Part shown: piece after piece, positions 48,771 to 62,581 of the stretch
How the letters are laid out: each line of letters begins with the position of its first letter
Numbering within the stretch: position 1 is the stretch's first letter
NCBI GenBank assembly: GCA_030390025.1
Contig: CM059438.1
Coordinates: 31,372,001-31,436,000, forward strand
DNA: 64,000 bases
DNA from: Squalus acanthias
Lineage: Eukaryota
Reading direction: 5' to 3'
Notes under the pieces: model-generated
Told to the model about the DNA's origin: nothing
What the model saw: only the letters and a program-made list of their open reading frames with translations
The model's database searches: none
Made by a program: the position numbers and the translations under genes

Positions 48771-51700
48771 AGGGAAAGAAAGCGATCCTTTGAGCTGTAG
48801 GAGGTGATATGAGGGGCACCTATTACATATGTAGCATTAAAAGAATAGATCATTTATATTAAATGCATTTATTTATTGCCTCTGTTGGGATTATATTGCA
48901 CCAAATTGAGATCCCTCAGTTAAAACACTGGAGAGATGATACTTGAAATGCTCAGAGTCATCCTGTAAGACATGAGTTTGTAGATTCATGGAAACTACTA
49001 GAAATATCATAAGGCAAGATGCATGGGGGAAAAATATTTTTGAGTTGTCAGAGTGACTGGATAAAGACTAATAGCTTCTCAGCACGTGCTGTGAATTGAA
49101 CAGCCTGCATAACTGGCGGCTCCGATGGTCCAGTACACCAGCACAGATATTGCTTGCTTTATTTCATGAGAGAGAATTAACATGAATCCTCTGTTATTTA
49201 TGATCCAGATCAGCAAATTTTATATTACTAGCCAATTCATCAAAATACAAAAGGGATAATAATGAGCAAAGTAATAAACAGTTTGGATTCAATCCTGACA
49301 AAGTTAAGAAAATTACACATGGAAATGGTAGTTTTGTCACAGTTAAGAAAATCTATATGCAGATTGTAAAAGTCGTGCGTCTGCCATATCTGTCACACCT
49401 CAAAGCGCCACACATGCACCTGATATTCTCAAATATCATGTTCATAAAACAGCCATATTTTTTTGCTCTTTCCCTCAGAACATGTGGCATACTCTATTTT
49501 TGGCCAACAGATTGGATCTGTGAGCTGCATTTATGCCTTTTCCATAAAATTATGATGATTTCCATTTGTTAACCTTACTGGAAGAGGAATACTGTTGCTT
49601 TCAAGGAGCTCCAAAGGTGCATAATTGCATATGAGTTTCCTTCAATTGTCTTCTTATAAGACCTTGACAAATTGGCTTTATAACTGTCTGCTTCCTAACA
49701 TCCGTTAATCCCTTTTGGAAGGGTAGAAATTAACATGGATGAAAATTCCATTAACATTTTCTGCCACAATTATACCACTTTCAGAGAATTTTAGCCCCAG
49801 CTAATAACCCATGGTGGATTAGAAACATTTTATTCAAAGTCGTGTCACGTGAAATTTATTGCATGTTATTTTATGTCACAATTTGAACTGTTTCTCCTTC
49901 TCTAGCTATTACAATAATACCTGTGTATTCAGGTACATTGCAAAAAATGGAACTAGCAAAAATAGCCCGTCAATGATGAATTTGACAGGAGATTCAAATT
50001 GGTGTCCTTTTTATGGCATTGAAGCTAAATATTACCAGTATTCCATGAAACATGATATTGGGCCTTTGTGAGGTCTCATGAATTTTAAGCTTCATCCTAC
50101 TGTAAAGAGATATTCAAGATGGCAGCCAGTCAGATCCACAGGGAGCTCTCGTGGCATGATGGGAGGTATCAAAGTGTTTTTCACACTTATATTCTTTCTC
50201 AAAAGAATTTGTAAAAGAATTAAAACTTTTTTTCTTTTAAAATTTCAAATAAATAATATTATCCTGTAAATAGCAAATTCCTGTTAAGAGCAAGCAGGAC
50301 TTTCCAAAATAACATTTGCCTCTATCTTGCTTGTATCACCATTAATATGCTCTTATCCTTCTTGCTTCTATAAGCCGTGACCTAAAAAGCCAGGAAAGTA
50401 AATAAAATATATCAAAGCAAGCTTTATTGAACAGCCAAGATACACAGGGGAAAAAAATGGCAAGATTGCCTGAGGCCATTGCAGTGCTTTATAACTTTCT
50501 CTAAACAGGATTTGAGTGCTATAACAACAAACAGGAGGAAAGCCACACTTGGAACAAAGTCTCCTTCAAGGCACTTTGATCTCATGAGACTGTGTTAAAT
50601 GACGCAGTGTGCATCGGCAGTGATCACTCTATAATAGTAGGCATCTCCTAGTTTTTAATTTATAAAGTGATAGCGACAGATCAGTTTTGTTTGCCGCTTG
50701 TTGAAAGGGATTTCTTGCTATTTTAGGTGAAGATCAAATTGGATTCATCAAATTGTCCTGTTATCAGTTAATATCAGAAGTAACAAAGTAACCTGGCATT
50801 CCAACTGTTTGGTTGCCAGTCTCTGTTTAGATAAACAAATTAACTCACATATATCCATTCTGTATGCAGATTATTTTACCCCTTACAAATTCAGTAATAG
50901 TTAGTCCTGCTGAAAGTAACATTTTAATTTCTCCTCTCCTATAATTGAACATGTGCTGTATCTGCATATACTGAATTTTAAAGTGGAAGCTTGGTGTTTG
51001 GGGAGGGGTGTACTTACAGCATTAAACACCTATATCCTTGATGCTACTAAAGTGTTTTCATACACCATCTACTTCTCTAATAAATAGGAAACTACATAAG
51101 TGGAAAAATACATACATGAAATTGAAAGTGAAAGATGACATCTGGTGGGAGGGCGAAGGGACATTGATGGTAAGGCTGTCTGTCAGGTAACATTGTATTG
51201 TACTATTTCCATGTTGATTGGGAGTTCCATATCACATTGTAGGGCAAGAACAGCTCAGTTTCCTGTCAGTAAGGAACATGAAATCAAGTACTTTCCCTGC
51301 CCTCCAGCCACCACCCCAACAAACATTTGAATGAAAGAAAAATAAAGAAAATTAATACTGAAAATTAATTGTTATTTGGACGTTTAATATGAGCAACATA
51401 TGTATCAACATTTTTCATTTGACTGGCATTGGCATGGTTATCCTTCATAAACAGCATCCTGGGAGTTAATTGGAGACTTGGGTCAGTTTACATTACACTG
51501 CACAGCCTATAATGATTTCAAATGTTAGATAGCTCCAGTCACCAGGAATACATTACTCACATTCTCCAGTTAAATTTCTGATTTGCCTTTAGGTTGTACC
51601 AAAATACTGCATGTTTACAGGTGCGGATTTACTCTGTGGGGGAGATCAGTAGCTGAACACTGCAGCCACCCTCACATTAGCAGAATAATTAATTGGATCA

Positions 51701-52216
51701 GACATAAAGAATTGACTTCAATTGACCTTTATTCACTGATCTCCTTTGAAAGTGTACAAAAGGCACAGCCACGTGGATACTAATGGTGTCACTATGCTCT
51801 CCGGAGGTGGTCTGCATTCCCGCCGAAACAGCAAGCTAATAAAGGCTTGACTGGACCTCGTGATTGGCCAAGCCAATCACAGTCATATTCCATTAAGTCA
51901 GTGTGTAGAAAACATCTTTTCAAGAACAGTTTTTTTTTTAACTGTAAAAGAAATAATTGCTGTGCAAACTTTCTAGTTTTTAAATGGCAATGCAGCATGA
52001 GACAAAGGCATTTCACACAGTCCTCAGCCAATAGTTTAACACATTTGGGCAATGACCTAATTTCTGCAGTCAGTATGCTCCCTCCTGTCTGGCTTGAGGG
52101 CAGTGAATGTATTTTATTTATTGTTTTTAGTTAAAGAATGGGTGTCTTATGTACATCGTCCTTGTCCATCGAAGGGAAAGGTAACTCTTGTATTTCAGAT
52201 TCTTTTGGATAAGACA

Positions 52217-52540
52217 TCCGTCTTTCAGATGAGTCGTTAAACCAAGGCTCCGTCTGCCCTCTTAGGTGGACATAAAAGATCCCATGGCACTTTTCCAAGA
52301 AGAGCAGGTGATTTCCCCCAGTGTCTGGGCCAATAGTTGTCCTTCAACCAATATCATTAAAACTGCTTAAGTGATCGTTTATCTCGTTGCTGTTTGTGGG
52401 ATCTTGCTGTGTGCAAATTGGTTGCTGCATTTCCTACATTACAACAGCGACTGCACTTCAAAAGTACTTTATTGGCCTCGAAGCACTCTTCCTTGAAGAC
52501 CTAAGGTTGTGGAAGGTGCTATATAAATGCAAGTTCTTTC
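52217..52540 (+). mobile_element. 5'-truncated Deu SINE
   Basis: ccgtctttcagatgag..aaaagatcccatggcac..gctatataaatgcaag. Confidence 0.88.
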
Positions 52541-55500
52541 ATTAAGCTAAATACAGCCATGTAAAGAGCTCAAAAAGGAGTTTCCATTGTCATTGATATT
52601 TACTGTTTTCAGAAAGTTAAATAAATGACATGTTCCCAAATCTCATTTACTGGATTTTATTGAAGTTGCAGTAACCATGTAATAAATCTTCAATTGTTTT
52701 CTTTACTCACTACCTTTTTTACTTCATGATAAAAAGTTTTAACAATGTGCTACAGAAGAAATCATAGCTAAAGGCTAAACTTAGCACGTTTTTAAACTAA
52801 GCAAACAAAGTTTGGACTGAGTTCAAGTTCTATCAGAATGTTAAATAGGCTGTTACCTTTTTGATGTTATGATTAATACATGATCGGTTCGGAAGACTAA
52901 CATCCTACAGCTTTTCCAGCAGCATATCACTTATTTCCATTCTTTTCACTGGAATTTTTGACACTTCCAATTCCTCCCTGCCACTAACCTTGCTACTGGA
53001 AAGATTCATTGGAGGTTAATTAAATCTATCATCAAAACAACGAGAAGCCAATGAGGCATATAATCACTGAAATAGTAAATTAAATGATGCAATTGTTTTC
53101 CCTTCCATCATTCAGCGGGAGGGCAGGGGCTGTGTTATCAATGCAGCTGACTGTATTGTTTCACAACTGGCGATGGGAGCTTCCAGCCCCCAGAGAATCT
53201 GGATGCATGTGGTCATAAACCAGGTTTTAATTTGCACAAACAGAGGAGATTAAACTGTATCAGCTCCAGGGTCCTACAAAGCTTCATTATGTGGAAAGAT
53301 GACACTGTTAAAGAATAAAAGAGAGGTTATTCCCAGCTGGAATTAACAGCACCGCCTATTTGAGATGTAAATTAATACAAACAGGGTAACTGAGTGGAAC
53401 AGAAAAGCCAGGACTTTGATCTAATTTGCCAAAGCACTGAGCATAATTAAAACATACGCAGAATGAATGCAGTTATCTTGCATTTTTAATAGGCCGTAGC
53501 ATCATTAATGTAATTAATAATAACATGTTTAAAAGTAGTTGCTGCTGTCAGTGTGAGCATGTGTCTGAATAGCAGCAACTGGCAGCTGTGGGTTTCAGCT
53601 GGCATGGTTTGACATGGAGAGACAGTGGTACCAGTAGCACTCGTCACTGATCGGAGAGCCTGGCGCTAGATGCTGCCACACCTGCCATTCATCACAGAGT
53701 CGACACTGATGATGATTGATGGGGGTTTGGAAGCTCAGAGCTTTCCTTGCCAGGGACTGGCTGTGACTCTTGCAGAGTCACCAGCTGTGCCTTGTTGCCA
53801 GGCTTTTTGGAGATGAGGCTCATTTCTCTGGAGCTTTATCTTAATCAGCCTGTCATATTCTCAAAATTAATTAAGACTTTGTAAAAGGAGTCACTGAGCC
53901 AGCTCTATTTTAAATGTTCATCATGATAAAAAAAAAAGCCAGGAAAGACATCTTAAGAATAAAACATGGTATTGTAGATGAAAGTGCTGGTTAGGATAGC
54001 ACACTGCAAAGATCACTTTCCTTTCTGATGGGTTACAAGTACCAATTATGAAAAGCCGATTTTCGTTTTTTTTTATATAAACCCTATTATGTCCCTGAAC
54101 TGAGATGTGACCACACGGCCTGGCACTTTAACACTGCATTACTAACTGTGCAGTCCTATTATCGTGAGCAGATCATGTGATTAAATCCATCAAAAATAGC
54201 AAAAGAGAAGTGTTGCAGATATGTTATGCAATGTAGTGAGAGTATTCTGGCAGTCTGTTACCTTTTCTACTGCTGGCTTGCTGGTTATTTGATTGATATT
54301 TTGGAATTCTCTTTTTCCTTCTTTTTTTAAGACCAAAGGAAATATCTTTTCTGAAAACACAAAGCAGCAAAATAAATACTGGACCACATATTCCCAAAGT
54401 TATTATATCCAGTAAATATATTTTTGCCCAGAGGTGAAAGAGATAAAATTAGTCAAGACTTCAAACAGTTCAATCTTTGTCCAGAAAACAGGTATTAATT
54501 ATAGTATGATGTCAGTCTATTTTTGGTCAAGTACAGCTTAGTGCTGTGCTAATTGATCCTTTTTAAAGAATAATGGTTATTCAAAAGTCCTATGTTGTGC
54601 TAATTGATTCTTCTGACAATAACTGCAGTTCTGTGGAAATACATGACCCCAGTTTGGTTTGCTTATCCTTCTCAGATTTATCTCTGACAAGATTTGTTTT
54701 TAGTTTTACCTTTTAAAAATAATTACTGGAATCTTCTTATTTCTTCCAGAATCTCAGAATGTGCTTCTCTCAGGTTTTCTGCACGTTGGTTTAACTAACA
54801 TCTGTTTCCAGATGAAATCAGGCGGGCTCTGGCTGTATCCATCCTCGTAGCCCTCTTCTTATCCCACACCATTGTTCCCAATTTCATGCTATCAGAGAGG
54901 CCGCATGTTTTCCTCAGCCAAGTTGTCAGAGGCATAAAAGCCGAGGAGCAGGGTCACATTTAGAGGGATGGGCATGAAAAATTGGTAAAATGTATCGGAA
55001 GCCCACCCACTGGATGGTTGCTTAGAGCAGCTCAGATTTAGATTGAACAATCCCACTTTTAAATTCATTTCTGGGTGCACACAGCCAAACTTAAACTGTC
55101 AGCATTCTCGCTTAATAATAATAGCTGACAGAACAGTATTTCTTTTAAGAGTGTTGGATCAAAATATGGAACAAAATAAAAGTGCCCTAGCGCTTGAATG
55201 AACTTGTGTTGTTCACCATACTCCGTTTTCTTTTCAAATCTCAAATTTTAATGCAGTTATGACCCAAATTCAGTCCGTTACAAGTAAACTACTGATACGA
55301 TAATTTTTGACTTTATGAAATTGAACTGATGTTACAGCACCTTTCAGCAAAGTTTAAAAAAAATAACTTTTGGAGTTCTTTATTCCACTTCCCAGAATCC
55401 CACATTTGCAAGTTTAAAAAAAAAAATTCCTAATTTTTGGAATCAGTGCCACCTCAAAACAAAGCCCTACATGGTTAAATCTATCCCACTACTGAATATC

Positions 55501-58500
55501 CAGATTCATGCATTGCTGGAAACTAAAGCAAGTGTTCTAGCCATCATTAGAATTTTTTTTTGAGGCAAAATTGGAGGAACTGCTCTCCTGAAGAAATGGA
55601 GAGCTTTATCCTTCACTTCATGGACGTGTCATGCATTTTGTATGTTAAACAGTCTCATGGACATCTGTCATGATTGGTTTTAATCTGCTAGCTAAAAGTC
55701 TGGATTTAATCTTGCATTACACCTCTTTGTACTGCAGTCAGTAAGTGACAGTACTGCCATGAAACAATGACTGTACTCATTCCATCCAATATGCCATGTG
55801 GTAGACCCTTTTTCTGGACCAGTTCTTTAGAAAAGAATACAAGACAATGAAGCATCTGGTGGGCTTTTCCTGTTTCTAAGTTTTTTTGTTAGTAATTCTA
55901 CTCACCCAGGCCGCACATTTCTCCCTTGATGCTACTCACCGAGACAGGGTGTGTCAACCTAGTGGTGAGAGGTCAACAGGCCAAAGTGATGAATTTTTAT
56001 GCTGCTGTTTCTTGTGTTTCTGCTCAGTCACAATTTTCTGCTTGCTGTGCTCATGCTGAAAGGAATCACAGTGAGCAATTTGTCCTTCTGAGCAGGGAAT
56101 TGGATGGCAGATGAGTTAAAAAGTGGAAATCACATTGAGCAGAAGAATACACAAATGTCTTCCTGTGGAGAAACAGAATACTGCTGTCAGGGCTTAACAC
56201 AAGAAGTACATTGGAGATTTGTGGTCCTCAGTCATACAGGATTGACAATTGAATTTAATAGCACTTTTTAAATATCGAAAGGGAATAGCACTTCAGCAGA
56301 AGCAGAGTGGTTTTGGAGATGTGTTCCAGATGTTCAACTGAGAAAAACAGCACGGTATCAATATCTCAACTATACAAAGTCATTCATTCATTCAAATTAC
56401 TGCGCCTTTATAATGTGGACCAGTAGAAATCTTATAGTTAATATCTTGTTTAAGTGTGTTTTGCTGAAACAATGTTTTGATGACACCCAGGCTAGGTTGC
56501 AGTGAGTTTCCAGAGAGATGCTGCGGTCTGTGATCTATCTGTCTGTGCAGCCAGCCATTTGCCTTTGATCTCATGTGGGTTTTTAAGTTTTCAAGTGGTC
56601 ATTCTTCAACCTCTCTGCATTTCAATGCCTCCTTGAATGTTCTTGATTCCTTGATTAAACATATTATTCTAGAAATAAATGAAGTCACTAGTATGGCTCC
56701 ACGCACTGTTCATTTTTCTGGTTAATGTGGAGCCCTCATTGATCTCATGAAGGCTGTAGATTCACTGCTGTTCATAGGTATTACACACTTTAATGATGGA
56801 AACAGATGTTTCTGCTGGAGGAGTTCTCCCTTCACCTGTCCTGTAACAATTACTATATCATTAAACCCGAAGTGTAGTTATTTCAAAATTACTTTTATAT
56901 TCAGAAATGTTGTTTTAACAAATCCATCAACAAATCTTGTGAGTCATTTTTCAGAGCAGTATTATTACACTTTCTAAACTAAGTTATGCAGCTTTAAAAA
57001 TTTAAGTTGATCTACATACATCTGTCTCTTGAATTTGGGAATATGCTAACAGTATAACAATAACTCAATGTAATTTTTATATATAGGCAAAAAACACAAG
57101 TTGGCATCTTATGCGTTGCTTTTGTATATTTTCTGAGATGTCCATGTTTATACCGGTAAAGATGGGACACTCTTGTTCTATTAGCCCATTCAGAAAATCA
57201 CTCCCGAAAGAAATGAGTATATAAACACCCTGCGCAATTACCAGCCACAATCTCTTTTAGTACGAAAACCGTAAAAACACTTGATAAAACCAATGATGCA
57301 GGGAGGAACCCCAGTTGTGATTAAGTCAGCGACTAACACTAAAATCTTTTGTAGGTCTGATTTCTGATGTATAATCCAGTATTTGAAAGGCAGCTAATGT
57401 AGATCAGGAGAAGGAGAACAGCCTCTAAATGGAAATGAAGCTACCCTGAGATCATTTTTGAATTTAGTTACTTCAGAAGGCATGAGAGGAATGGATTATT
57501 TATTTTGATCAGCAGTGTAGCAGATTTTGGTTAATCAGAGAAGCGTTAAATCGGTTTGATACTGAGGCAGTCCAGGTTCTCAGGAGATGCTTTAAAATCA
57601 TGACTTTGTTGAATTGTGCCCGCTTGGAGGTTGGTACAATGACTTTTGACAGTGACAGTAACTCTGCCTTGTCCTTTGCAGTCCTTTTTACCCATTCACT
57701 TAGGAAAGCAGCTTAAGCGCACTTAAGCGCATTAGCATTTGGATGCTTGGACCATATTGACCCTTGATTGGAAAGTTTAAATGACTGAAAGATGGACCGA
57801 TTTGTTAGGGCTTTAGAAAGCTAGAGGTTTCTGCTTTGGTTTGTTCTGATACTTGTTCTGATGTGGTGCAGCATTTAAAGGCGACCAGGCTGATTTGTGA
57901 CATACGAGTCTAAAGGGCTCTTTGGTTTGATGTGATTAACTAATCTGTGCTTTGAATTTAAAACTCTGAGCCAGTTGTGTTCAGTATGGGAACCGGCTCT
58001 TCTGTGGATTATGTCATTCAAACACAGATGGTAAACTGTTCCCTGATCAAAACGGGGGGAAAAGGGCAGAGAAAAATGATTTAGTTTGAGTGTTCAGTGG
58101 TGCGTGGCTGGGATAATTTTTACATACTAAGATTTTGAAAAACATTGTACAGCATTGATTAGATATTGATGTATTTTAATGGCTTCAGCACACACTGGTT
58201 GTATTTGATTTTTGTTCATATTTTAGTGGTTTATCAACTTGACAGTGCAATGAACAAGTTGCCTAGCAGCAATTTAGGTGACAGAAAATTGTTCATTTTT
58301 CATCCCTGCTGCTTGGCCATAATTGAGCCAGTGTTGGTAACCATTAGTGTTTACTGTACTCTATTATTTGGTGCTGTATGGCTCACCGTAGCCTTTGGTA
58401 TAACTGATTCCGATTGGCTCATCCTGAATGAAGCTTCTCCTTATGTACTGGACGTATCAATAACATTTTTTTGGATCCCGAAGAGTGTTATAGAAGGAAT

Positions 58501-60020
58501 CCAGTGTGTTATTGCACGACAAGGCATTTATTCACACCTGATTCATTGTTGTTCTGAAAAAATGGAAGTTTAATTTTTGTGATTAAAATGCTGAGTATTT
58601 ATAGAATACAAAGCAAACTACAGGAATCACAAGGGATGTACATGCCATCATCTAATTAAACAATGGATTATCCATGCAGTCCAAGTCTTCTCACATTATT
58701 GTTTCTCCAGAGAGGAGGCGGGAAACTAGATAACTCCAGTCACCCAGCAGTTTGGCACGGGCTTGCAAAGCTGCAATGGTAGCCACAGCCTTCCCATAAC
58801 AAGAGGACTATAAGTCCTCTGGGACTGCCAGAGTCTTTCAGTTTCCACCCAAATAAAACCTTGGTCATTGGATGGCAAGGCTTTCCCGCTCATCCTACTT
58901 TGTTTAGGCTGTGTTGAAGTTTCTTGCCATAAGAAATATGCTTTGAAAGTATTTCCTCTGAGCTTGGCTGTGCACCTAAAGACAGTGTCGTTACAGATGG
59001 AATTTCAGCACTCAGCCACAAGGAAAGTGACCTATTGCAAACTTGTCACCAAGTGAGCTAATCTATTGGTTGTAATAACCCCCATGGTTACAAATGACCA
59101 GTACCCTCAGACATTTGATTTGATTCCATTGTGTGCAGATCACAGACCTTGCAATAGTTCATGGCCCTGAAATCATTTGGCTGTTCCAGCAGACTCCCAC
59201 AATCACTCTGGGAAGTTTCTAGCAGAAGGCTGCAAACTCCGTCAGGATGCAGACACTCTTAGGGTGGAGTTTCCTGTGACCTTATTTCGAGGTGGAACAT
59301 CCACCCACAATTTACAAGACCACTAGCGCAGCGGGGGGAGGGGGGGGAGGGAAGGATCAAAGGTGGAATGCCCTAGGCTAGGAGGTCTTCCTTCCACAGC
59401 CTCAAAGGGACGTAGGATAGATTTGGAGGCCAGTACGCTCAGTGAGATGAGATGTAATGGCCTCCTGATGGGTGGAACTGGGCCCCTCTGGGAGTCCAAC
59501 GCCAGGTCATAGCCTGAAGCGCAAAGGTTGGAAGAGGGAGAAATTGTTCTTTTTTTTATTTGGCCCCCTGACATGGGCACAGAGGGGCCAAGATCCACAG
59601 CTTCTTGGAGGGAACTGGCACTCCACATCCTCCAGCATTCCCATGGTCTTGGGTGGGAAGAAGGCATAGATGCACCCCGACATCATCAAAGGCCTGCTCC
59701 TGGAAGCCCCTCCCCTGACCCACTAACTTTAGCAAGGTCAGCAGTGGCGTTCAGTGCCAGACATAATCTCAATGTACCTGCTGGGATTGATGCCCTGCGT
59801 ATAATCTGTGTCCATGTTTTTAGATCTGAATTCAATGTGTCCCTGCCATTTAATTCATTGCACCTGCGTCTAACCAAAAAGAAAAGTGATTCGTTAAATT
59901 GGCAATCTCCCAGAGAAAGGACAGAAGAGCATTCGGGTAATTAAGAAAATCATACAAGTGCACGAGTGAGTCCTTTTTTTTCCCACATGTGTCAGACCTG
60001 CACTGGGAGTGCAAGATAGC

Positions 60021-60604
60021 GGGGTAGAAATTAGACCTCGTTGGTATGGGTGCAATGAGAGTCAATTTCAGATGCAATGTCTGCATCCAAAGGATGCCTG
60101 AAAGACTTCAGACCCAATATTGGGTTGGACCACATTTCTGGTGTTCCTGGCAGCTGGCTAAAACAGGTATTAGGCCCCTCATTTACATATGTAAGGGGCC
60201 TAGCTCCTGTTTTAGGCACACTAGCAGAAATTGCTTCAGGATTCTTAAGCGGCTGCTAACAAAAGGTATGTTTTTTTTTAAAAACAACTTTTAAAAATTG
60301 TTCCCGTGGAGCCACAAGGAGCAGGAGTTCTCCCACAATTCCGCAGTATACCGATTGCCCCTCCCCATACGCTGCTCTACCCCGTCTCCCGGGACTTACC
60401 TAATTGCTGCTGTTGGCGAGGCAAGTGACCCGAAATTTGCCGTTTACAAATGGGCAAGCTACCTGTGGAGGCGGTACACGCCGGCAGCTCACCGAGGTAA
60501 TGTTAATGACACATTAGTGGGCCTCGCGCCTCCCAGTTGGGGCGTGTGTACTTGTGTAGCGCCGATTTTGGGCCCGGAAATGGGCCCAGATGAATTTCTT
60601 CCCC
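60021..60604. mobile_element. GGG-ended MITE
   Basis: GGGGTAGAAATT ... AATTTCTTCCCC (11/12 inverted match). Confidence 0.78.
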
Positions 60605-61027
60605 GTTGTGTGCAAGTACAGCTACTTGTCTCTTTGCACAATACAACAGAGGAAGTCCCAAAGCACATTAAATTATTCATATTCTGGCTCACCAAACTGA
60701 GGTAAAATGTTCTTAACCCTTTTTGACTTTGTTGGATGATTTTAATTGAAATGTTTCCAGCTGAATGAATAAATGTATTTTTGCCACTGATCTTAAACTT
60801 GAGAATTCCAAATGTAACTGTTGCTTGTATAGTTTGCTTCAAAAAAAAAATCAGTTGGCAGCTTAGTAAAAATAAAAGCCAATGAGGTCAATGGTGAATG
60901 AATGTTTTATTACATTACTTTTGGTCACTGCATCCCAAATATTGAAAATGTGCCAGGAAGTCCAAATAACCTGCGTATTCATTTGTTGCATCTCCTTTTA
61001 CCAAGACTTGTTTCACTATTTTTTTAG

Positions 61028-61123
61028 ACACTCTGTGCATCAGCAACAATGCAAACTATCCGAGCGGCAGACACCAATCAAATAAACAAGTTAATTTTCC
61101 GTGAATCAAAGAACGATCGGAAG
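61028..61123 (+). CDS. INPP5A: INPP5A internal coding exon (96 nt)
   Basis: ttttttag|ACA...AAG|gtatgg. Reads TLCASATMQTIRAADTNQINKLIFRESKNDRK (recalled INPP5A: TLCTKATMQTVRAADTNEVVKLIFRESDNDRK). Phase 0/0, in frame with the previous exon across a ~31-kb intron. Confidence 0.96.
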
Positions 61124-61214
61124 GTATGGCTTATACGCAGTGGAAACATTTGTTGTGTGCCTTTGTCTGTATGATGTGGAAATTGAATTTCAATGTTTTT
61201 CATCTTTACTCAAG

Positions 61215-61289
61215 GTGGTGCTTCAACTAGAAAAGAAGCTTTTCGATTACTTTAACCAAGATGTATTTCGGCAAAACAATGGGGTTGAG
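61215..61289 (+). CDS. INPP5A: INPP5A internal coding exon (75 nt)
   Basis: ctttactcaag|GTG...GAG|gtgagt after a 91-nt intron. Reads VVLQLEKKLFDYFNQDVFRQNNGVE (recalled INPP5A: VMLQLEKKLFDYFNQEVFRDNNGTA). Confidence 0.96.
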
Positions 61290-61823
61290 GTGAGTATTTG
61301 ATTTGCCTTCTACAGTGTGTATTGCAGCATTGTTCATTCCAGAAATGCCCATCAAGTCTCCATACTTGTAAGCAGTAAACGTGGCTAGTGTTAGAGTGCT
61401 GAAATTTTATTGGCTCATTGTATTCTTCCCGACTAAATCTGCCTATCCAAAATATCAGCACTGTGACGATTTATGAATGTTATGTTTGTTGTTACAGAAC
61501 TTTTGATAATCCAGCACAATGTTACACAATGAAGTGACTTATTGCAGCATGTTTGTTGAGTACATTTTTTACCACAAGTAATACATCTCTCCCGATTTTC
61601 CATTCCATTGGCTTCAAATGAAAATCGGGAGAGATGTATAATGGGCGGCTGAATCGATATCGCCCATTTTACACTATCGCCAAACTCAAAATTATCCCCA
61701 AGGAGTTCACTGAACCTTAAGCTCAGAAAAACAATGTATTCAGGAGAAACAGGTCTATACACGAGCTGTTAAAATATCATCTTGGATTAATCTTCCCTTT
61801 TAGGATATTATTCTAAAGTCATT

Positions 61824-62581
61824 GGGGAAAAATTCGGTTGGTTAGCGCCTCCCGTTCGCGCCTCTGGGGGCGCGAACGGGGCGCTAGGAACTTAGCGCTG
61901 AGCGCGGTGATTTTAGCACCGCTCGCGAAATTGACCAGTCATTTTGCGGCGGCGCTAAACACTACCGCCACGATCTCCTGCGCCCGCAGATCATGACGTC
62001 AGTCAAGCGTGCAACGCCCCGGTAGCACCCCAGACCGGATATTGAGTCGCGCCCCCTGCCTTAGTGCCTGCCGCTAGGAACGACAGGTAGAGGGGAACGT
62101 TTTCAAGCCGGGAAGGGGCTGGGGGAGCGCTATTTAAAGGCGGGCGCTTCCTGCCTTTTCTTGTCGGCAAAATTTTTGGTTTTAACGCTGTCCAAAGGAG
62201 TTTTGGCCCTCAGCATCACTTTTGAGGTTCCTAAGCGCCGAGCTCTTTCCCTGGGCCTATCCATTAGTGCTTCCAACACAATTGCTTTTGAGGTCTCTAC
62301 GGGCCGAGATTCAAGGCTGCTCTGAGCAGGGTGTGGCTGGCCAGCAAGATGGCCCCTCCCCTTTAAGAACTGGACGGCGCCAGTCTGTCTGGCTTCCATG
62401 GTAATTGGCATCGCCTGAGCTTTGGTAGATTTCTGAGGTAGCACCTCGCTCCCTGACGTTTGCGCCTTAAGAGAGTTGTGTAGCGCCTGATTTAGCGCTC
62501 AAATCACCTCCAGGGGCGATAGAAGCAAATTTTGCAGTCAGAGACGATAATTAGCGCCAGGCGATACTGAATTTTTCCCCC
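61824..62581. mobile_element. Non-autonomous Harbinger derivative retaining both promoters
   Basis: Perfect 12-bp TIR GGGGAAAAATTC/GAATTTTTCCCC with (C)ATT duplication. Shares GCAGATCATGACGT and TATTTAAAGG with the left arm of 39844-43886, and CCCTTTAAG with its right arm. Confidence 0.85.

Noticed and set aside
51860-51880. TGATTGGCCAAGCCAATCA inverted CCAAT pair as an NFI site or promoter
   Set aside because: Half-site spacing is 3 rather than the 5 of NFI, and there is no CpG island or first exon nearby.
58166-58573. 135-aa hydrophobic ORF resembling a membrane protein
   Set aside because: T-rich intron composition explains the hydrophobicity; TTG start and no family motif.
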